DNA of 62,746 nucleotides, counting the filler, from Choristocarpus tenellus KU-1152 (Eukaryota; Protista; Phaeophyceae): assembly GCA_964200185.2 (NCBI GenBank). It is 13 parts of 13 records of this genome, joined end to end, with 100 filler letters (N's around TTAATTAATTAA, not from the genome) between each part and the next. Parts side by side here need not be neighbours in the genome. Positions count along the whole stretch, not along the records: positions 10,015 to 13,954 come from CAXNAD020017031.1; positions 14,055 to 17,927 come from CAXNAD020017461.1; positions 18,028 to 27,004 come from CAXNAD020004141.1; 10 more parts are not named here. One strand, given 5' to 3'. This document shows positions 11,080 through 24,845 of the stretch, piece by piece; positions within the stretch are counted from its first letter, which is position 1, and each line of letters starts with the position of its first letter. Position numbers and translations under genes: made by a program. The notes under the pieces were generated by a model. The model searched no databases, had not been told where the DNA came from, and was given only the letters and a program-made list of their open reading frames with translations.

Positions 11080-12331
11080 TAAATGCCCAAGCATTATCTC
11101 CCGGCCTGTGGCACCTCAGCCCAGTAATAGTAGTTTGTGGCTGTCACTATTGATCAAGAAGAAAGAACCAACTACCGGAACAGGATTATACAGACATACA
11201 CGCCTTACAGAACATCTACTTCTTAAGTAGTACAGAAACACACACATGCACATATATGTAAGCAGATTCGGGCTAGCATACTGACAATGATTATGTTACC
11301 ATTCAGTATGTAACCAGAGGCCATAAGCAAGGTTTGTTTTGACCATGGAATCAATAGAAGCGAGTATAATTAAACAAAACACATGAAACACAGACATTCC
11401 CAACAACTGAATGTACATGCACATTTATACATATACTCCTCCCTCATCGATACCCAGAAGATCTGGAAGATATACATACTCTGGAGATTATTTGTTTGTT
11501 ATATGGACCCTTTTCTGCAACGTATCGCCGCGTATATTATTTGTGATTTTGTTTTGGAGTGTTAAAAGATATAATTAATAGCAATGAGAAACAGTAGTGA
11601 TTTGTTGATTTGTGACTGGTATCTAACGGATTCCCGACCAAGTCGGTTAGAAAAGTTTGGATCCTGCGTCACATTTTAGCTGCAAAATATGCATCTGACA
11701 GAGAGATCTACCTACTAGAAGGCTATCGTTGTTACATTGTTGTGGTTGAAATCAAACAGTGAGTAGCAAAGCAAGAATGGCGAATCAAAGGAGAAGTCAA
11801 CTACACGTACTTGACTTGCCGTGAGTTGCTTCCATTCAGCAAGTAGATGCTTGACTAGCTGAGAAAAGAGGGCAACGAACTGTCATGTTGTATGCCAAGC
11901 AAGGAGGCAATTGTTGTGATAGGGGGAGATATTCAAATGAGAGGGCCACTAGCATCATGATAAGAATAGGGTCGAGTGGCAGGTTGAGCAGATGGCTGTG
12001 AAGGAAGGGTGGTGTAAAGGTAGGGGGTGAGGTAAACGAACTAATACAACAGCTATGGGCTACAAGATATACTTGCAACATATTCTTTCATTGATTCTGT
12101 TGGCACAAATAACACTACGACTAGCTAGCTGTGTGAATGATCCTCTCTGTCAAGCTTGGGTGTATCTCGATATTCCTGTTGAGAACCAAACTTTACAGTT
12201 GGGAAAAAGCAACACTGCATGATGTAAATGGTGATTCTCTCATCACTAAACCCCTAACTCGCTCAAGACAACAAAGCACCTCCTCCTTCCCTCTACCTCA
12301 CTCTCAAGCCACACACATGTCACTTCAAGAC

Positions 12332-13099
12332 TTATCCTTTAGACTTGCCAAAAATCCGTGAGCATTTCTTGTTCTGCTTCTTCTTGTTCTTGGAGGAAAC
12401 CTTTTGTACTGGGGTTGTTTCATCCTTGAGTGGAAGGCCACTACCATGAACAATTTCTAAACCGTCTCCTCCCATATCTCCATTGACGACCTGCCTACCT
12501 AATCTGGGCCCTCCTGCTGAACTACTATCATTGTTTATCCTCCTGTCCCCTTCCTCAACTTCTGGTCCCGAATCCCCCGCAACAATATCACTACCAACTC
12601 CGTAAGACTTCTCCCTTCCAACAAGGGATGGGACGGAACCCCTTCCTATCCGAAGTCTTTGCATCAGCTTTACCTTCAGGACCACAAACAGGTCATCGGC
12701 ATCTGTATCATCAAAATCAGCCCCTACGAACTTTCCATATTCTCCCCTGCTGGCCACGACTGCACCCCCTGAGCCATCAGGATCAATAGCACCATCCCCA
12801 CCCCCGGCAGGAACCTCAGTTTCCTCTTCCCCATCATAAACTTCCTCTGGGCACACCACATCCTCCTCAGGCTTTGTTGAGTTGCCGCTACTCTCGGTTC
12901 CAAGGGGTACAGTTGAGTCTCTCTTTTCCCTGCCGGCTCCCATAATGACCAACTTCAGGGTGTCTCTGTCTGTCCAATGGCCGGTCTCGGCCATCTCTTC
13001 AGCAAGCCTCACAGCAATATCCATTCGGTCTCCCTTCACCGTTGTGATTATGGCCCTGTTGCGGAATGCTTCCGTCATCGGAAACTTCTGTCTGACAAC
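12332..13099 (-). CDS. Terminal exon of an uncharacterised protein (possible PPR-like helical repeat, acidic/Gly-rich tail, basic end)
   Basis: CTGCAG acceptor then 255 open codons. FRNRAIITTVKGDRMDIAVRLAEEMAETGHWTD loosely resembles a PPR motif. Upstream exons are unresolved. Confidence 0.55.
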   Translation of the reverse strand, partial: VVRQKFPMTEAFRNRAIITTVKGDRMDIAVRLAEEMAETGHWTDRDTLKLVIMGAGREKRDSTVPLGTESSGNSTKPEEDVVCPEEVYDGEEETEVPAGGGDGAIDPDGSGGAVVASRGEYGKFVGADFDDTDADDLFVVLKVKLMQRLRIGRGSVPSLVGREKSYGVGSDIVAGDSGPEVEEGDRRINNDSSSAGGPRLGRQVVNGDMGGDGLEIVHGSGLPLKDETTPVQKVSSKNKKKQNKKCSRIFGKSKG

Positions 13100-14054
13100 C
13101 TGCAGTCAAAGCAGTAACAGGGTGTTACACACGCAAACCAATGAGCGTGATTTATACAGTTTCTTTGGGGCACAAGGGTTTTGGTTGGATTGCTCAAGTT
13201 TGATTTCCGCAAGAAAAATCATACTCTTGAAGCTAAAACTCACGCTAAACCTAACACACATATGCCCAGAACATCGGGATCCTGTGTGGTAGGTACGTTG
13301 ACTTCTTGTCTCTTCCTCTTCATTCTCATCAGACATATCCCATCTGGCACATCTAAGACAAGGGCAAGTAAGCATCATGGTGACTAGTAGGTCGCAGTGA
13401 TTTGGCACCAGAGAAGCACGAGGGGTGGGGGGGATAGAAACATTCCAATTTCAAGCTATTTTCTGAATCTCTGCCTACGTGACTGTGAGATTCGGTCTGT
13501 TAAATGTAAGAATATGTGAGCATGCACCTTACACTGTACACATCATAATGCCTACTTCGTGTCTACTCTGCATCCCTGCAACTCTAGCACCACGAAAGAA
13601 ACCCCAGAGTGTACACCAAGCCACCAAGGCAAGTGACTTAGGGTTAGGTGCACAAAGCATCCCATCCCACTGCCCACCCACAAGCAAAGAAAGACTAGGA
13701 GAAGGCATGGGGGACACAACAAAGACCAGGTACACTTCCATGCTGGTACACTTCCATGCTCTTCAAACATTGCTTCTCCAACCAAACCTCCACTTCCACT
13801 TCTCAAAAAATCCACGCTACACCTAAAACCACAACCCTCTCCTTCCCTCTCCTTCCCTCCCAGAGGGAAACTCACGCAATGGTAACATACACTCCCCACC
13901 CCCCCCCCCCCCCCCCCCCCCCCACCCCCACCCCCCCACCCCCCCCAGCCCAACNNNNNNNNNNNNNNNNNNNNNNNNNNNNNNNNNNNNNNNNNNNNTT
14001 AATTAATTAANNNNNNNNNNNNNNNNNNNNNNNNNNNNNNNNNNNNNNNNNNNN

Positions 14055-14194
14055 GGTCCGTTTCGGTCAAACAACTCTTTTTTTTGCTGACATTTCAAAT
14101 CAGGCACGTGCGGCCAAATCACACCAAAAAAGTGAAAAGTGAAAAACGGGTGAAAAACGGACACCGACACCCCCCCCCCCAGACACTTTGACCC
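14055..14194 (+). mobile_element. MITE family A-related variant, right part
   Basis: CCAAATCAC-like core, ending poly-C AGACACTTTGACCC. Confidence 0.65.
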
Positions 14195-14232
14195 ATTCTG
14201 GACAACCACCTCACACAAGTCCCAACATACAT

Positions 14233-14491
14233 GATTCAGAGTAAGCGAGAGGTACATGCAATTGCATTTTAAGGGTTTCAGGAAATATTTGCAAAATATA
14301 GCATTTTTACAAATGTGTACAGGATATTTTCCGAAATATGTTGAAATATCTCAAACAATAGAGAAATAAACGCTCTCAAGTCATACTTAGAACTCCATCC
14401 GTAGAAATATGTGTGAATAATAAAAGAATGGAAAACTGGCTTGTAATGCAAAACGGCCAAAAACTGGGTACCTCTCGTTTAAATTTGGCTC
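14233..14491 (+). mobile_element. MITE family C, full copy
   Basis: Imperfect TIRs GATTCAGAGTAAGCGAGAGGTAC / GTACCTCTCGTTTAAATTTGGCTC, CAT duplicated on both sides. Confidence 0.8.
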
Positions 14492-16165
14492 CATGTTCGT
14501 AATGAAAGATGCCCCAAATCACCATTCAGGGTATTCTCTACATACAGAGTACTCCCACGGTATCAACCATAAGACCGCACTTGCAACACGACATTGGAAC
14601 GAGTGGTAATTGGCCAAGTATCTATGGCACCAATGGATTTGTGGCTTAAGTATCCCTCATCACTTATCATCCTTCAGCACGTGATTTATCATATCAACAT
14701 TGTCCTTCCGATACTATCCATGTCTGTGTTTGTGTGTGTGTGTGTGTTATAAAATTGGAAATGGCTGGTGGGCATGTGGGGTAAATATATAGAGGTGATT
14801 TTTACACCCAGTGTATGCATACATTATGGAAGACATCGGATGAGCATAAAGCTTTTGAATGTCTCAAGTGCGTTTAAGAATAGGGATATTGCAAAGCTAA
14901 AATGTTGGGAGACTTCCTACTTTTGTGCCTTGTGAAGGAGAGGATCCAACATCAGATTCCCAAGATTTCCCTGATCCCGTTACCAACACAAATGCAGTAC
15001 TTGTTGGCATGGCAACACACAGATGAACACGTATCACATTTCCCAGCAACAATAGCAATCCATGTTCTCTTGTTTCAATACCCGTACAACACACTGGCGG
15101 GAAGAGGAAACGCTCTACCCTACTGTTGAAGACTGCCCTTTCTCCTTAAGATGGGCTCACGCACATAGTAGGTAGATGCACTCTCTCTACGATGTAGCAT
15201 GATTACAAAATTTTGTTCAGTGAACAGAATTTCGCCAAAAGACAATTTATGCAACAAGATCCCACACTACCATTGTTCTGGCCGACTTCAATCAATCATT
15301 TTCCATCATGCACATAAATGACCCATATTCACCATGCAGATTGAAAAATAATGTTACATAATGATGACTGTGGATCCACTTCGTTGAGGGTTTAAGGAAG
15401 GAAACAGAAAAACACTGCTGCTGCGGCCCAGGGTAATTGCCATTCTTGCTTGCACTTACCAGAGAAATGCCCCGATCAGGTTCACTTCTGACAGGAGAAG
15501 ATTGCGCTCCTATGTCTGCTTTGCCAGTATCTCCGGTCTCAAACACCTTCCTCTGCGTGTCCTCATGAATGCTGCAAAGGATGCGCCTTTTTGTTTTTCA
15601 ATAAAGGAGCGTATCGCTAGATATACCGTTCATGGGTACACATGCGTGTTGAAGAGTGAATATTCGTGCACCACATCCTCACCTACTAACAGCGACGAGG
15701 CATTCTTCCAGCACCCCATAATCAATTTGTGGTTAAAATCTACAATGCAGAACAGGGGGAAGGAAGAGAACAATTTCGATTGGCTCTCCTAGTTAGAATC
15801 GTTGGTAGTGACAGTGGGGTGCAGCACGGTGATACGATAAAGGAGAAATAGGAACCTTTTAAGAGCAATATTATATTTGAAGAGTCTCCTTTCTGATGAA
15901 GGACAGACATTCTGCAGGTTTCCTGGGGGTTTTGCTAGGGCAGCCAGGATATAGATATTGCTTGATCACTTGAACTTGTATTTACTAGCAGCTGTGCCAC
16001 CTCCCAAAATGCCCAGATAAAACTTCAGATAAAATGTGTTTGATGTATAATATTCTTGATTGACCGAACCGGCGATAACATGTGTTCTGGCATGTACTCC
16101 AAAGTATGTGTTGAAAGCGAATATTACTTCTTCATTAGAAATACTACAAACTTTTCCAGTAACCC

Positions 16166-17927
16166 TGTTAAAGATATGTCGAATCCCAAGTATTGATATT
16201 GAAATATGTAGACTAACTCCTTCTCAGTTATGTTGTAGGGGTAGAACGTTGGAGTGAGATATATCGTTCAAGAAGGGGGTGATGAACCTTTCACTCGCCA
16301 CTGATTACTAATAACTCGTCACTTAATCTGTGTTACTTGTTATGTTACTTGCTATAACATTCCTTTTCAAGGATTCGTCTTGTTGTACTACAATGACCTG
16401 GATAATATTTCGTAGTCACCTGACAAAGACATTACTATCAATTATCCCATTATCCAAATATAGTTCAACAACTCAATTTTTCTCCTACAGAATCATCTAC
16501 TACACATGATGAATAAAGAACATATTCTTAATACACTCCCCTGCTTTGAACTTCAAGTGAAACATTTACCTCAAAACACAATCATCATATCACATCACAC
16601 ATTACCCATAATGATATCTGCATGCCAATTGAACAATTCCTTAGGCAAACCCTTGTTAAAAAGATCTGCATGTTAAAATTTCGTAGGTACATATTCAATC
16701 TTCACTTTCCTTTCCCTCTCTAGTTGTCGTACATAATGGAACCTAATTTCTATATGCTTCGTTCTACCACTAGATACTGTCTTCTGTGAAATCTTTTTTG
16801 CACCATCACTGTCCTCAAACACTAATACCGAGTAATCTTTACATTGTGGTTGCATGAACAAGTGCACTTGTTTTAGGAACATAACCTTATTCCCCAACTC
16901 ACACAATGCAATATACTCAGCCTCAGCAGTAGACAGTGTAACGGTTTTCTGCTTTCTCGACCACCAATCGACACATCCTCCCCCAAACATCACAACATCA
17001 CCTGAAATAGACAATCTACTCTCTTTACAATTAGTCTAATCAGCATCAGTATAACCAATTAACTGATCCCTTGGTCCATTACCATAGAGTCCAAAATCAC
17101 CAAAGGTAATTCCATGTTCTCTAGTAACCAATAGGTACCTAATCACTCTCCTAGTATTCAACCAATCAGTCAAACTTGGATTCTCCACACACAAAGCCAA
17201 CTCTCTAACCGCAAATGATACATCAGGTCTAGTCATAATAGCAGCCCATTGTATGTCACCTTCCTCAATCCTTCTGAACAGACACGAATCTGCCTCAGAT
17301 TGTTCCAAGCCCATTTCCAGCAAAGTTTCCACCAGTTGAAAATTTTAGTTGTCCTAGTCCCGCCTTGGACCTCTGCACTCTCCCTTTTGCCATCCATCTG
17401 CCTCGGTCAAAAATCATCTTTGTCCCTAGTGTCTTGTGATCATCAGTGGAGCGAGGTACTTGAATCCACACTCCCCTGCTATCCAAATCATTCACTTCTT
17501 CATGAATAGCAGCTTTCCACAAAGCCCACTCCTCACACTCTGTCGCTGCTCTCATGGTCTTGGGTTCTGGTGGGAGGGGTTTATCTTTCCCACCCGCAAG
17601 TAGACCTGCCGTCCGTTCCAATGGTTCACCAGGTTCAGCTGGGGGGTCGTGGTTATAATCCACTAGTCGCAGTAACAACTCTCCACCACTCCCCTGCTGT
17701 GACGTAGGTGGATCCATACCACCAGCACCAGTGTTCAGCATTCCATCAGTACATCCAATTTCCAAATTGAAACCCACTTTTTCCGAAGACACGCCTTTCG
17801 AAGTCTTTTCCTCTGGAACCTCTTTTTCCGATCCCATAGAAATTTCCTCCAGTATCAAATCTTCAGTGCTCAGCCCAAAGTCGTCTTGTTTCTCTTCCAA
17901 GATTCCATCCCACTCAGCCCCCATAGG
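16166..17927 (-). mobile_element. Ty1/Copia retrotransposon, 3' part: deleted RT, RNase H, PPT and candidate 3' LTR (16166-16533)
   Basis: EPKTMRAA..W..AIHEEVNDL..RGVW (RT start), GLEQSEADSCLF, TRPDVSFAVRELA, LIGYTDAD, VDWWSRKQKTVTLSTAEAEYIAL, GRTKHIEIRFHYVRQ. Polypurine AGCAGGGGAG near 16536-16545, then LTR-like TATTAAG...TTTAACA. Confidence 0.93.
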
Positions 17928-18027
17928 NNNNNNNNNNNNNNNNNNNNNNNNNNNNNNNNNNNNNNNNNNNNTTAATTAATTAANNNNNNNNNNNNNNNNN
18001 NNNNNNNNNNNNNNNNNNNNNNNNNNN

Positions 18028-18098
18028 ACATGGAAATATGGGCCTAAAATGGACAGCCACCCCCCCCACCCCCCCCCCCCGCCCAGATACTTTGAGCC
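18028..18098 (+). mobile_element. MITE family A, right part at contig start
   Basis: AAATGGACAGCCA, poly-C, AGATACTTTGAGCC. Confidence 0.85.
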
Positions 18099-21000
18099 AC
18101 CTCAGCTTCGTATCTGACCATAATGCGAAGCACCTACACTGCTTTGTGTGATGCAATATGTACAAAAAAATTGATCATCACACCTTATTTCATGGTGTAA
18201 ACAGAATACAAAGCATAGCCCACACTATGATACCTGGAGAAGCAAAGGGTGAAGCGTGGTTCACATAATGCTATACCAAAAGTAATATCATGTAGTGTGC
18301 AGCTGGGAAATAGCCCTGCCCTGGAGAAACACATTGCAAGGGATAAAAAGTCCATCAAGAGCATTTTGACCAAAAGAGGTACAAGAATCGAGTGCGCATA
18401 GTGTATGGTTTTCGATTGGGTTCTTAGACACCTCCTTGGCAAAGAGACTTCATTTTGGAAATGTCTTATTCTTTGTTCGGTTGGTAGTGAGTGTGTACTC
18501 AAAACACCACGGTGCCAGCAGTTGTTGTGTATTTCTTCCTTCTGTACAACATCCTCTGCATAACGTAGTTGATCACCATTGCATCATGAATTGAACAAAT
18601 ATGTGCAAATCGATCCAACATGTGAGAGAGGGATGAAAACCACAGGTCGATAGTTTCTTTTGGAGGTCGCGATTTTGTCACCCACAAAAAATTGGGTTTG
18701 TCCTGTACTCTGAAGAGAAGGAAGTTCCATTTAAGGAGCCAGACCCTTGTCTTAGTATGCACCCTCCAAACTCAGGTTGGCCTTAGATCAATTGATTCCA
18801 TTGACTAGGATACAATACACAGATGCACGATGCAGTGGTGCTCAAGACTATTATTAGAGGTGTTGTGATGCATTACAGAGTAGAAAAAAGTAACATTCAG
18901 CATGCATGTACCCATGGTGGGAAGGAAAAAAATAATGAATAAAATATGTATCGGACAAAAAACGTAGATACAGGATCAACAATGAAGATAAATTAAGATA
19001 ATAAAGAAGAAAAATGTGGCGAAAATACTCATCGAGGCTAAAAAAAGCACCCATATGATGTGGAGGTCACTACTATACTATATATAAGAGACGTTGGGCA
19101 TACATTTGTAGTAGTTTGTATGTAAAAAGTAAGAACAAAAGCAAATATTGTCAGGACAACCATGTTACTGCACACAGTTGTTTTTTTACACAATACTTGG
19201 TGAACCCTCATCAACATTTCATTCGTGACTCAAATCTCACTCGAAGCAATTCGTAACCTTTTCATTCTATTGAGTAATGCACTGCCAAATCGTTTACTAA
19301 TGGGACTGCCAAATATTCTCAAGGTTCTACAGAAGGAATGCCTTAAACATGCGCGCAGAAGGTTCTGAGAGGGCACCTATTTCTAGTCTTGAAACCTAAA
19401 AGGGGGTATTCCTCAGGGTTTCCCAAGGGTGAAAAGGGGTACTGGTGAAACTACTATTTCATGTACTCTAGGCAGTATAGAATGAGGTCAAGATATCCCC
19501 ACGTTCCAAACCAAACACTATAGTGCATGCCACTTGATATCAAGCAAATAGCGGTCAGTCATTTCACGAAGACAACAGTTCAGTTTCCTTATGATCCATT
19601 TCGGACCTATTTTGAACCTAGAACATGGGGGGTCAACTCCTTTTGTTCACTCCTACCACGGAGAAAATGATGCATGTGATGGCAACTCATTGATACGTAG
19701 TGTGTTTCCTCCCTCACATGAGAAGAGGCTCCCCCCACCAGCCACGGTCCCAGTTCTCCCAGTCCTCAAGCTCAGCATTGTAGCTGTAGAGCTGACTTGA
19801 AATCCCGCTCCCCTCCTCAGTGAAGCACCATCGCATCGCACCCAAGTTCGGCAATCCCTGGTAGAATGCAGTCTCAAGGAAATCTCTCACCAGGGGAGCA
19901 TTAATGAAGGATAGAGACTTGGCTTCTCTCTGAAGGGACCAGAAAAGGGCCCCTTTCTTCTCATACCTGTTACACAACGAAATGCGGGGAGATGGGACAT
20001 CCAACACGCTTAATGCAAGTCTTCTTACGGGTGAGAATGATGGTGGTACTTTATGTAAGCACACTTCCAACTGGAAGTCATTTACACAAAGGATTCAATT
20101 GTTCATTCCCTGTGTGGGACCTTTTCAAGTAAGGTTCAGTCCCTGATTTGGTTTCAATTAATTGTATACAGTCAAATACCACTACCACAAAAACGTGAGG
20201 TCAAGGGACATTTCAGAATACGGTAAGATGCCTTTCAAAAGTACCTTCCTAGGATGTGGACATCAGAGATACAATGGTGGAGTACACCCTTGCTGAACTC
20301 AGTACACAGTCTGCTCTCACCTTTCTGTTTCTTCTGGTGCATACAACATGCTGGGTTCAAATATCGATTGCTGGAACAGGAGGGAGGCAAGGAGATGATG
20401 TTGGATATATTAGTCTAGACTGTCAAGGAGTGGACATCAAAGACTTGTATTGCTATTAATATAGTATAGGGCGTGAACAGCAGCAAACAGGGCAAAGGCT
20501 CAAATGATTGAGTTTATTGGGGGATGGTTGACAGCAAAAAAAAACTCCTCAAGAAAAAAGAAAGATCAAGCAATCCGACATTAGCTGGGGTCATTATCCC
20601 GGAATGGCAGGAATAAACAAAGGCGGAGACTACAGACAACAATGGCAAGTGGCACACAGCAAAGGAAGTTGCTACATTTGGGGGGAAACCGCACATGAAG
20701 TAGAAATTGAGCTTGTCTGATCACCAAATCTCAACCCCAAACGTACCCATAGCTCTCCTTACCAGAACAATGAAGCCCAGGAGCTTTGTAGCAGCCAAGT
20801 CCCGTGCATTGAGCTTTGGGTCACCTCCTGCAAGCTCAGCACCAAAAGCGCCGACAGTATGGGGAAGGCGCTCCAGTAGCTTTGTGACAAGGGGAAGAGA
20901 TTGGATGCAAGTACAGTTGAGGGATGAGGGATGCCTTGTCTTGGCTCACTTCAGGGGGTTGCCAGCATTGTGGATCGCATGGGCCTCTAGGCACTTGAGT

Positions 21001-21479
21001 GACTTGGTTGCATTACATCTGGTCAATGGATCCCATCTTTATTACTCACTGATGTAGATGTAGCTAATCTAGGATAAGATTGAATAGGACAGCAAGGCAT
21101 ATTTCCGCTGCCCATGTGCTTGGGGGTAGAGCTATCTGTCCAAGGTGCTTGCTTGGCGTTCGAGGCCTCTACATTGTGGATTTCCACTTTGTATAGCAAT
21201 CTCCTCCATACCACCCTTATCTCTTTACTTGACTTAGCCTCCACCTGCACAGTTTCCCACTCTTCTGGCTAACAGTGTTACTTTCCCAACCCAGGCACAG
21301 CTTTCACTCAGCATGGTCACTTCCACTGATCATGTATGATCTTTCATCCTGGGTATGTGTACAGTCCATGTCTTTGTTGGGGAGTAATATGGTGATGTCA
21401 TCCTTTTCTTACCTCTGAGAGGACACTACTACGTAAAACGGTAATACTGAAGAGGGGAAGTACAAGCTCTTTGTCAGCA

Positions 21480-22045
21480 CTTGTTGGATCACATCTGGAG
21501 GGAAACCTCACAAGATGCGGTGGCTCAGGCGTGCAGAAGATGGATCAACTTAAGACCACAACAAAGAGGCAAGCTAGGGCATTCAAGGGTAGTGAGGGCT
21601 AATTCTGCAGTATGTATTCAATTGATGCCCACAATCATCACAGAAAGTCCTCGCTTGCTCATAAGTTTCCTGGCAGACCAAGTACTGGTGACAAAGGGAA
21701 ATTGCTACAGCGTCAGGTGTTGCTGAGACAGACACACACCTCGCTTGGGACCAGTGGGAGAGGAAGACACTAACGCATCGTTGGTTCACTGATTGGGTTG
21801 CACTTTCCTTGCTCACTTGGGATATATTGTCCCTTAGTGGCCTTCCCAGCACCAGGGCGTGTCTGCAGCTAAGAGTGGGAGTCATGGAGGTGGAAAGAGG
21901 TAGCACGCCACACTGAAATGCTTCATGTGCGGGAAAAGGGCTGGCTTTTACTGTGCAAGTTGCTCCATTAGAGGTAGAACAGCTGCAATGTGCGGATCAA
22001 ACACAGGAAAGCAGTCACATCCTTTCATTGTGCACCCAGCAAGGG
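21480..22045 (+). pseudogene. piggyBac-like transposase C-terminal remnant with right terminus
   Basis: Across frameshifts: IDAHNHHRKSSLA, WQTKYW, GVAETDTHLAW...LTHRWFTDWVALSLL, then the Cys-rich tail KCFMCGKRAGFYCASCS..AAMCGSNTGK. Ends AGGG|TTAA at 22042-22049, the piggyBac terminus and TSD pattern. Confidence 0.75.
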
Positions 22046-23947
22046 TTAAGAAGTCTCTTGGAATATGTTTGAATCCTGTAAAGGGACATGGGCTGGGGAG
22101 GCTTGGGCATGGATTTTGTTCAGTTCTTTGTAACTCTGTATCCTCAATTTGAATGATTTTCAGATCTGGCCAGGCGTTTACAGGGGTGGTCAATGGTAGT
22201 GACTAGGTAACCAAATTGTATTTTTTTTTGTGTAACACGACATTTGAGTGGCTTTGGATTGTCCATCCCAACTGTTTATGTCACAAAGACTTCAAGGTGG
22301 ATTTTCGAGTATGAGACTTGCATACTTCACTATGGCACTGTTGTTGAGCATACACAATGAGCCAAAGGCGGTGTATATTGCAGACCAGTTTGCGTTCATT
22401 CTTTTGAAACAAGTCTAATGGGACATAGTTGAGAGTCCATCAAAGGGGCATGAACTGGGTAAGCTTGTGTAGGGACCTCTGCATCCCTCTCTACAGGCAG
22501 GCTCCTATGTAGTTGCTCAGGTAACAAGGGATTACTACAACAATGATTAACGTCACACCCTTCAACTGGTGCTGGCGTCTGCCAATATCATGACCTTGTA
22601 AACTTATTTTTCTACAGCTATTCCGTTCTTTGGAAGATAGATCGGAGCTCAATAGGAGTGCCAGATTGACCAATGAGGACCATCAATTCTGATTTATCCT
22701 AAATTACAGTTGTTTTGGATATTTAGACATGTGGACTCTTCAGGAACCTGCTCTGGAGTATCCAGCAGCTTATAGTAAGATATTTTTCAACACTAGTCCA
22801 AAGTGTAGTATATACTTTGGAGTACGTTGTACATAGTCACATGTGTAGTTCTATATTACTAAGTTAGATAATAGCCGTTTACATATTGTAGATTTCATCA
22901 TGGAGGCGAAACGAGGCAACATATAATGTGGGGAACAAAATGAACACAACATTAACCTGTACGGCCTACACTAAAGGCGTTCCAGTACAGCAACATAATC
23001 TGTAATGCATTTGAACGGAGGAAACAGACCCCTCAAAACTTCTAAAAAAATTCAACTGTCACCGCAATGTATCGGAAAAAGAGGCAATGTGATCCTATAT
23101 CATAACTGCATTAATAGCATTATACAACCAAATACTAAAGAAGTACACACATTGCAGTATGATAAAAGGGCTCTGAGGATATATTTTTTTCATTACGCTG
23201 ACTTCTGCTAATAGACGGGAAAAACGGAACAAAATAACACGTTAGAAGTAACTAGGTAAATGGAATATGCCAATAAGGAATCGAGAAATGAATAATGGGC
23301 TGATGATTTTACGAAGAAAACTTCAATTTGAACGTAATGGACATTTTCGTATGTAGCAGATACCAATAGAGGCTGTCAGGACATTGTGAGGAAATAGAAA
23401 AAAAACTGTAACTTGATCTATTGCAAAGTACAGATTTGGCAAGTACACACTCCAAGTACTTCTGATAAAGGAAGTAACTGATTAGTGGTTTCCACACTTA
23501 CAATGTTTTATAGTGTTCTTATGTTTAGGATATTTTATTTCTTTANNNNNNNNNNATGTATATATATAGTTCCCATTGGTTTCCCCCCTGACACATCTGC
23601 AAAATGTCAGAGGGCATAATAATAAAAAAAAGTGAAGCATTGAACGTAACACAGCATATGGTCGGTGAATAGTAGAGTGCTGTATACTAGAAGTATATTG
23701 CATCTTACATGCACGAATTCTTCAAGTGCAAGTACTTTGTACCATGCAGTAGGTCGGGCTATTGTGTAAGAGGTATTGACACACAGTATGATGCACTAAA
23801 GAGAGGTCAGATATCAAGAGAAGGTTTGTACCAACTGCATGTGTTATTTATAGGATAGTTATCATTTCGTGTTACAGGGACATTGGGTTTCAGTTCAAGG
23901 GGTGCGGCGGAGACACACCTAGAATAGACTGTGTCCGTAAGATCAGA

Positions 23948-24123
23948 GACCCAAAAGTATCTGGGGGGGCGGGGGCGGTCTACACCAGGTTGTCCATTTG
24001 GGCCAAAACCAGGAAAAGTGCACTTATATTATCCATCCGACGTCTGCAGCCAAGTCACACAAACATTGGGACAAAAATTGACCCCAAATGGACAGCCGCC
24101 ACCCCCCCCAGATACTTTGACCC
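23948..24123 (+). mobile_element. MITE family A, full copy
   Basis: GACCCAAAAGTATCTGGGGG...CCCCCAGATACTTTGACCC, AGA duplicated on both sides. Confidence 0.92.
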
Positions 24124-24845
24124 AGACCAAATTGTAAAGAATATAAACTCTGTTGCTGCGCCAGTTGTATTCTTTGAGTTGTACTAGAATATTGCTCCTT
24201 CCTCCCCAATGAAAACATCAGCATTATGTTGGTGACCATAAAACAAATCTGCATGCAGTCCTCACACCACGTTTAGGTCGCCCCCGACTACATACAGTTA
24301 CGCAGAACCCAATGCTTCCCTTCTGTTTGTTCATCCGCCTATCTGCATGTCAATGCTTAATACCTGCACCAACTCTCTCCTTTGTGTATTTTTCATAACA
24401 GCTCTTCGCACCCTTTTGTAGAATTATGAAATGCTGAAACAAAACGACTTCCAACAGATTGGGCCAGCTCAAAACTTTCCTCCGTATCATGTGTATACTC
24501 ACCATGTCAAAGACCATGTGCTTACTTCACTGACATCCACTCTGGTCTACAATCTCAAAAAGGCATTGAGAGGGTTATTGACAAACTCCTGAACCTGGTG
24601 AATACATGCCTTTTTGGTTGCCTAAATCACAGAGATGGAAGAATGCACTAAGCAACGGGATCAGGCTGATCTTACCAACACCAAAAAAGCACTATTCACC
24701 AGAGCAAACATAAGGCCTCTCAACTACTTCAAGACAAGATTAGTGGGGAGGTTACTGAGATAATCAGGACAATTCTGAGTGATGCCTAAAGTAGTTTGAG
24801 ACTTTAGTAAATAAAGCCAAGCTTGACCCCATTATCACCAACTTC

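Noticed and set aside
15458-15750. Minus-strand exons with good splice signals (IHEDTQRKVFETG...GISL|GTAAGT)
   Set aside because: I could not join them to neighbouring candidate exons in a stop-free frame; left uncalled.
23931-24187. Recurring peptide KYLGG..PGCPFGP as a small protein family
   Set aside because: It is the translation of MITE A (also at 1417, 33708 and 61479); frames and ends are not conserved between copies.
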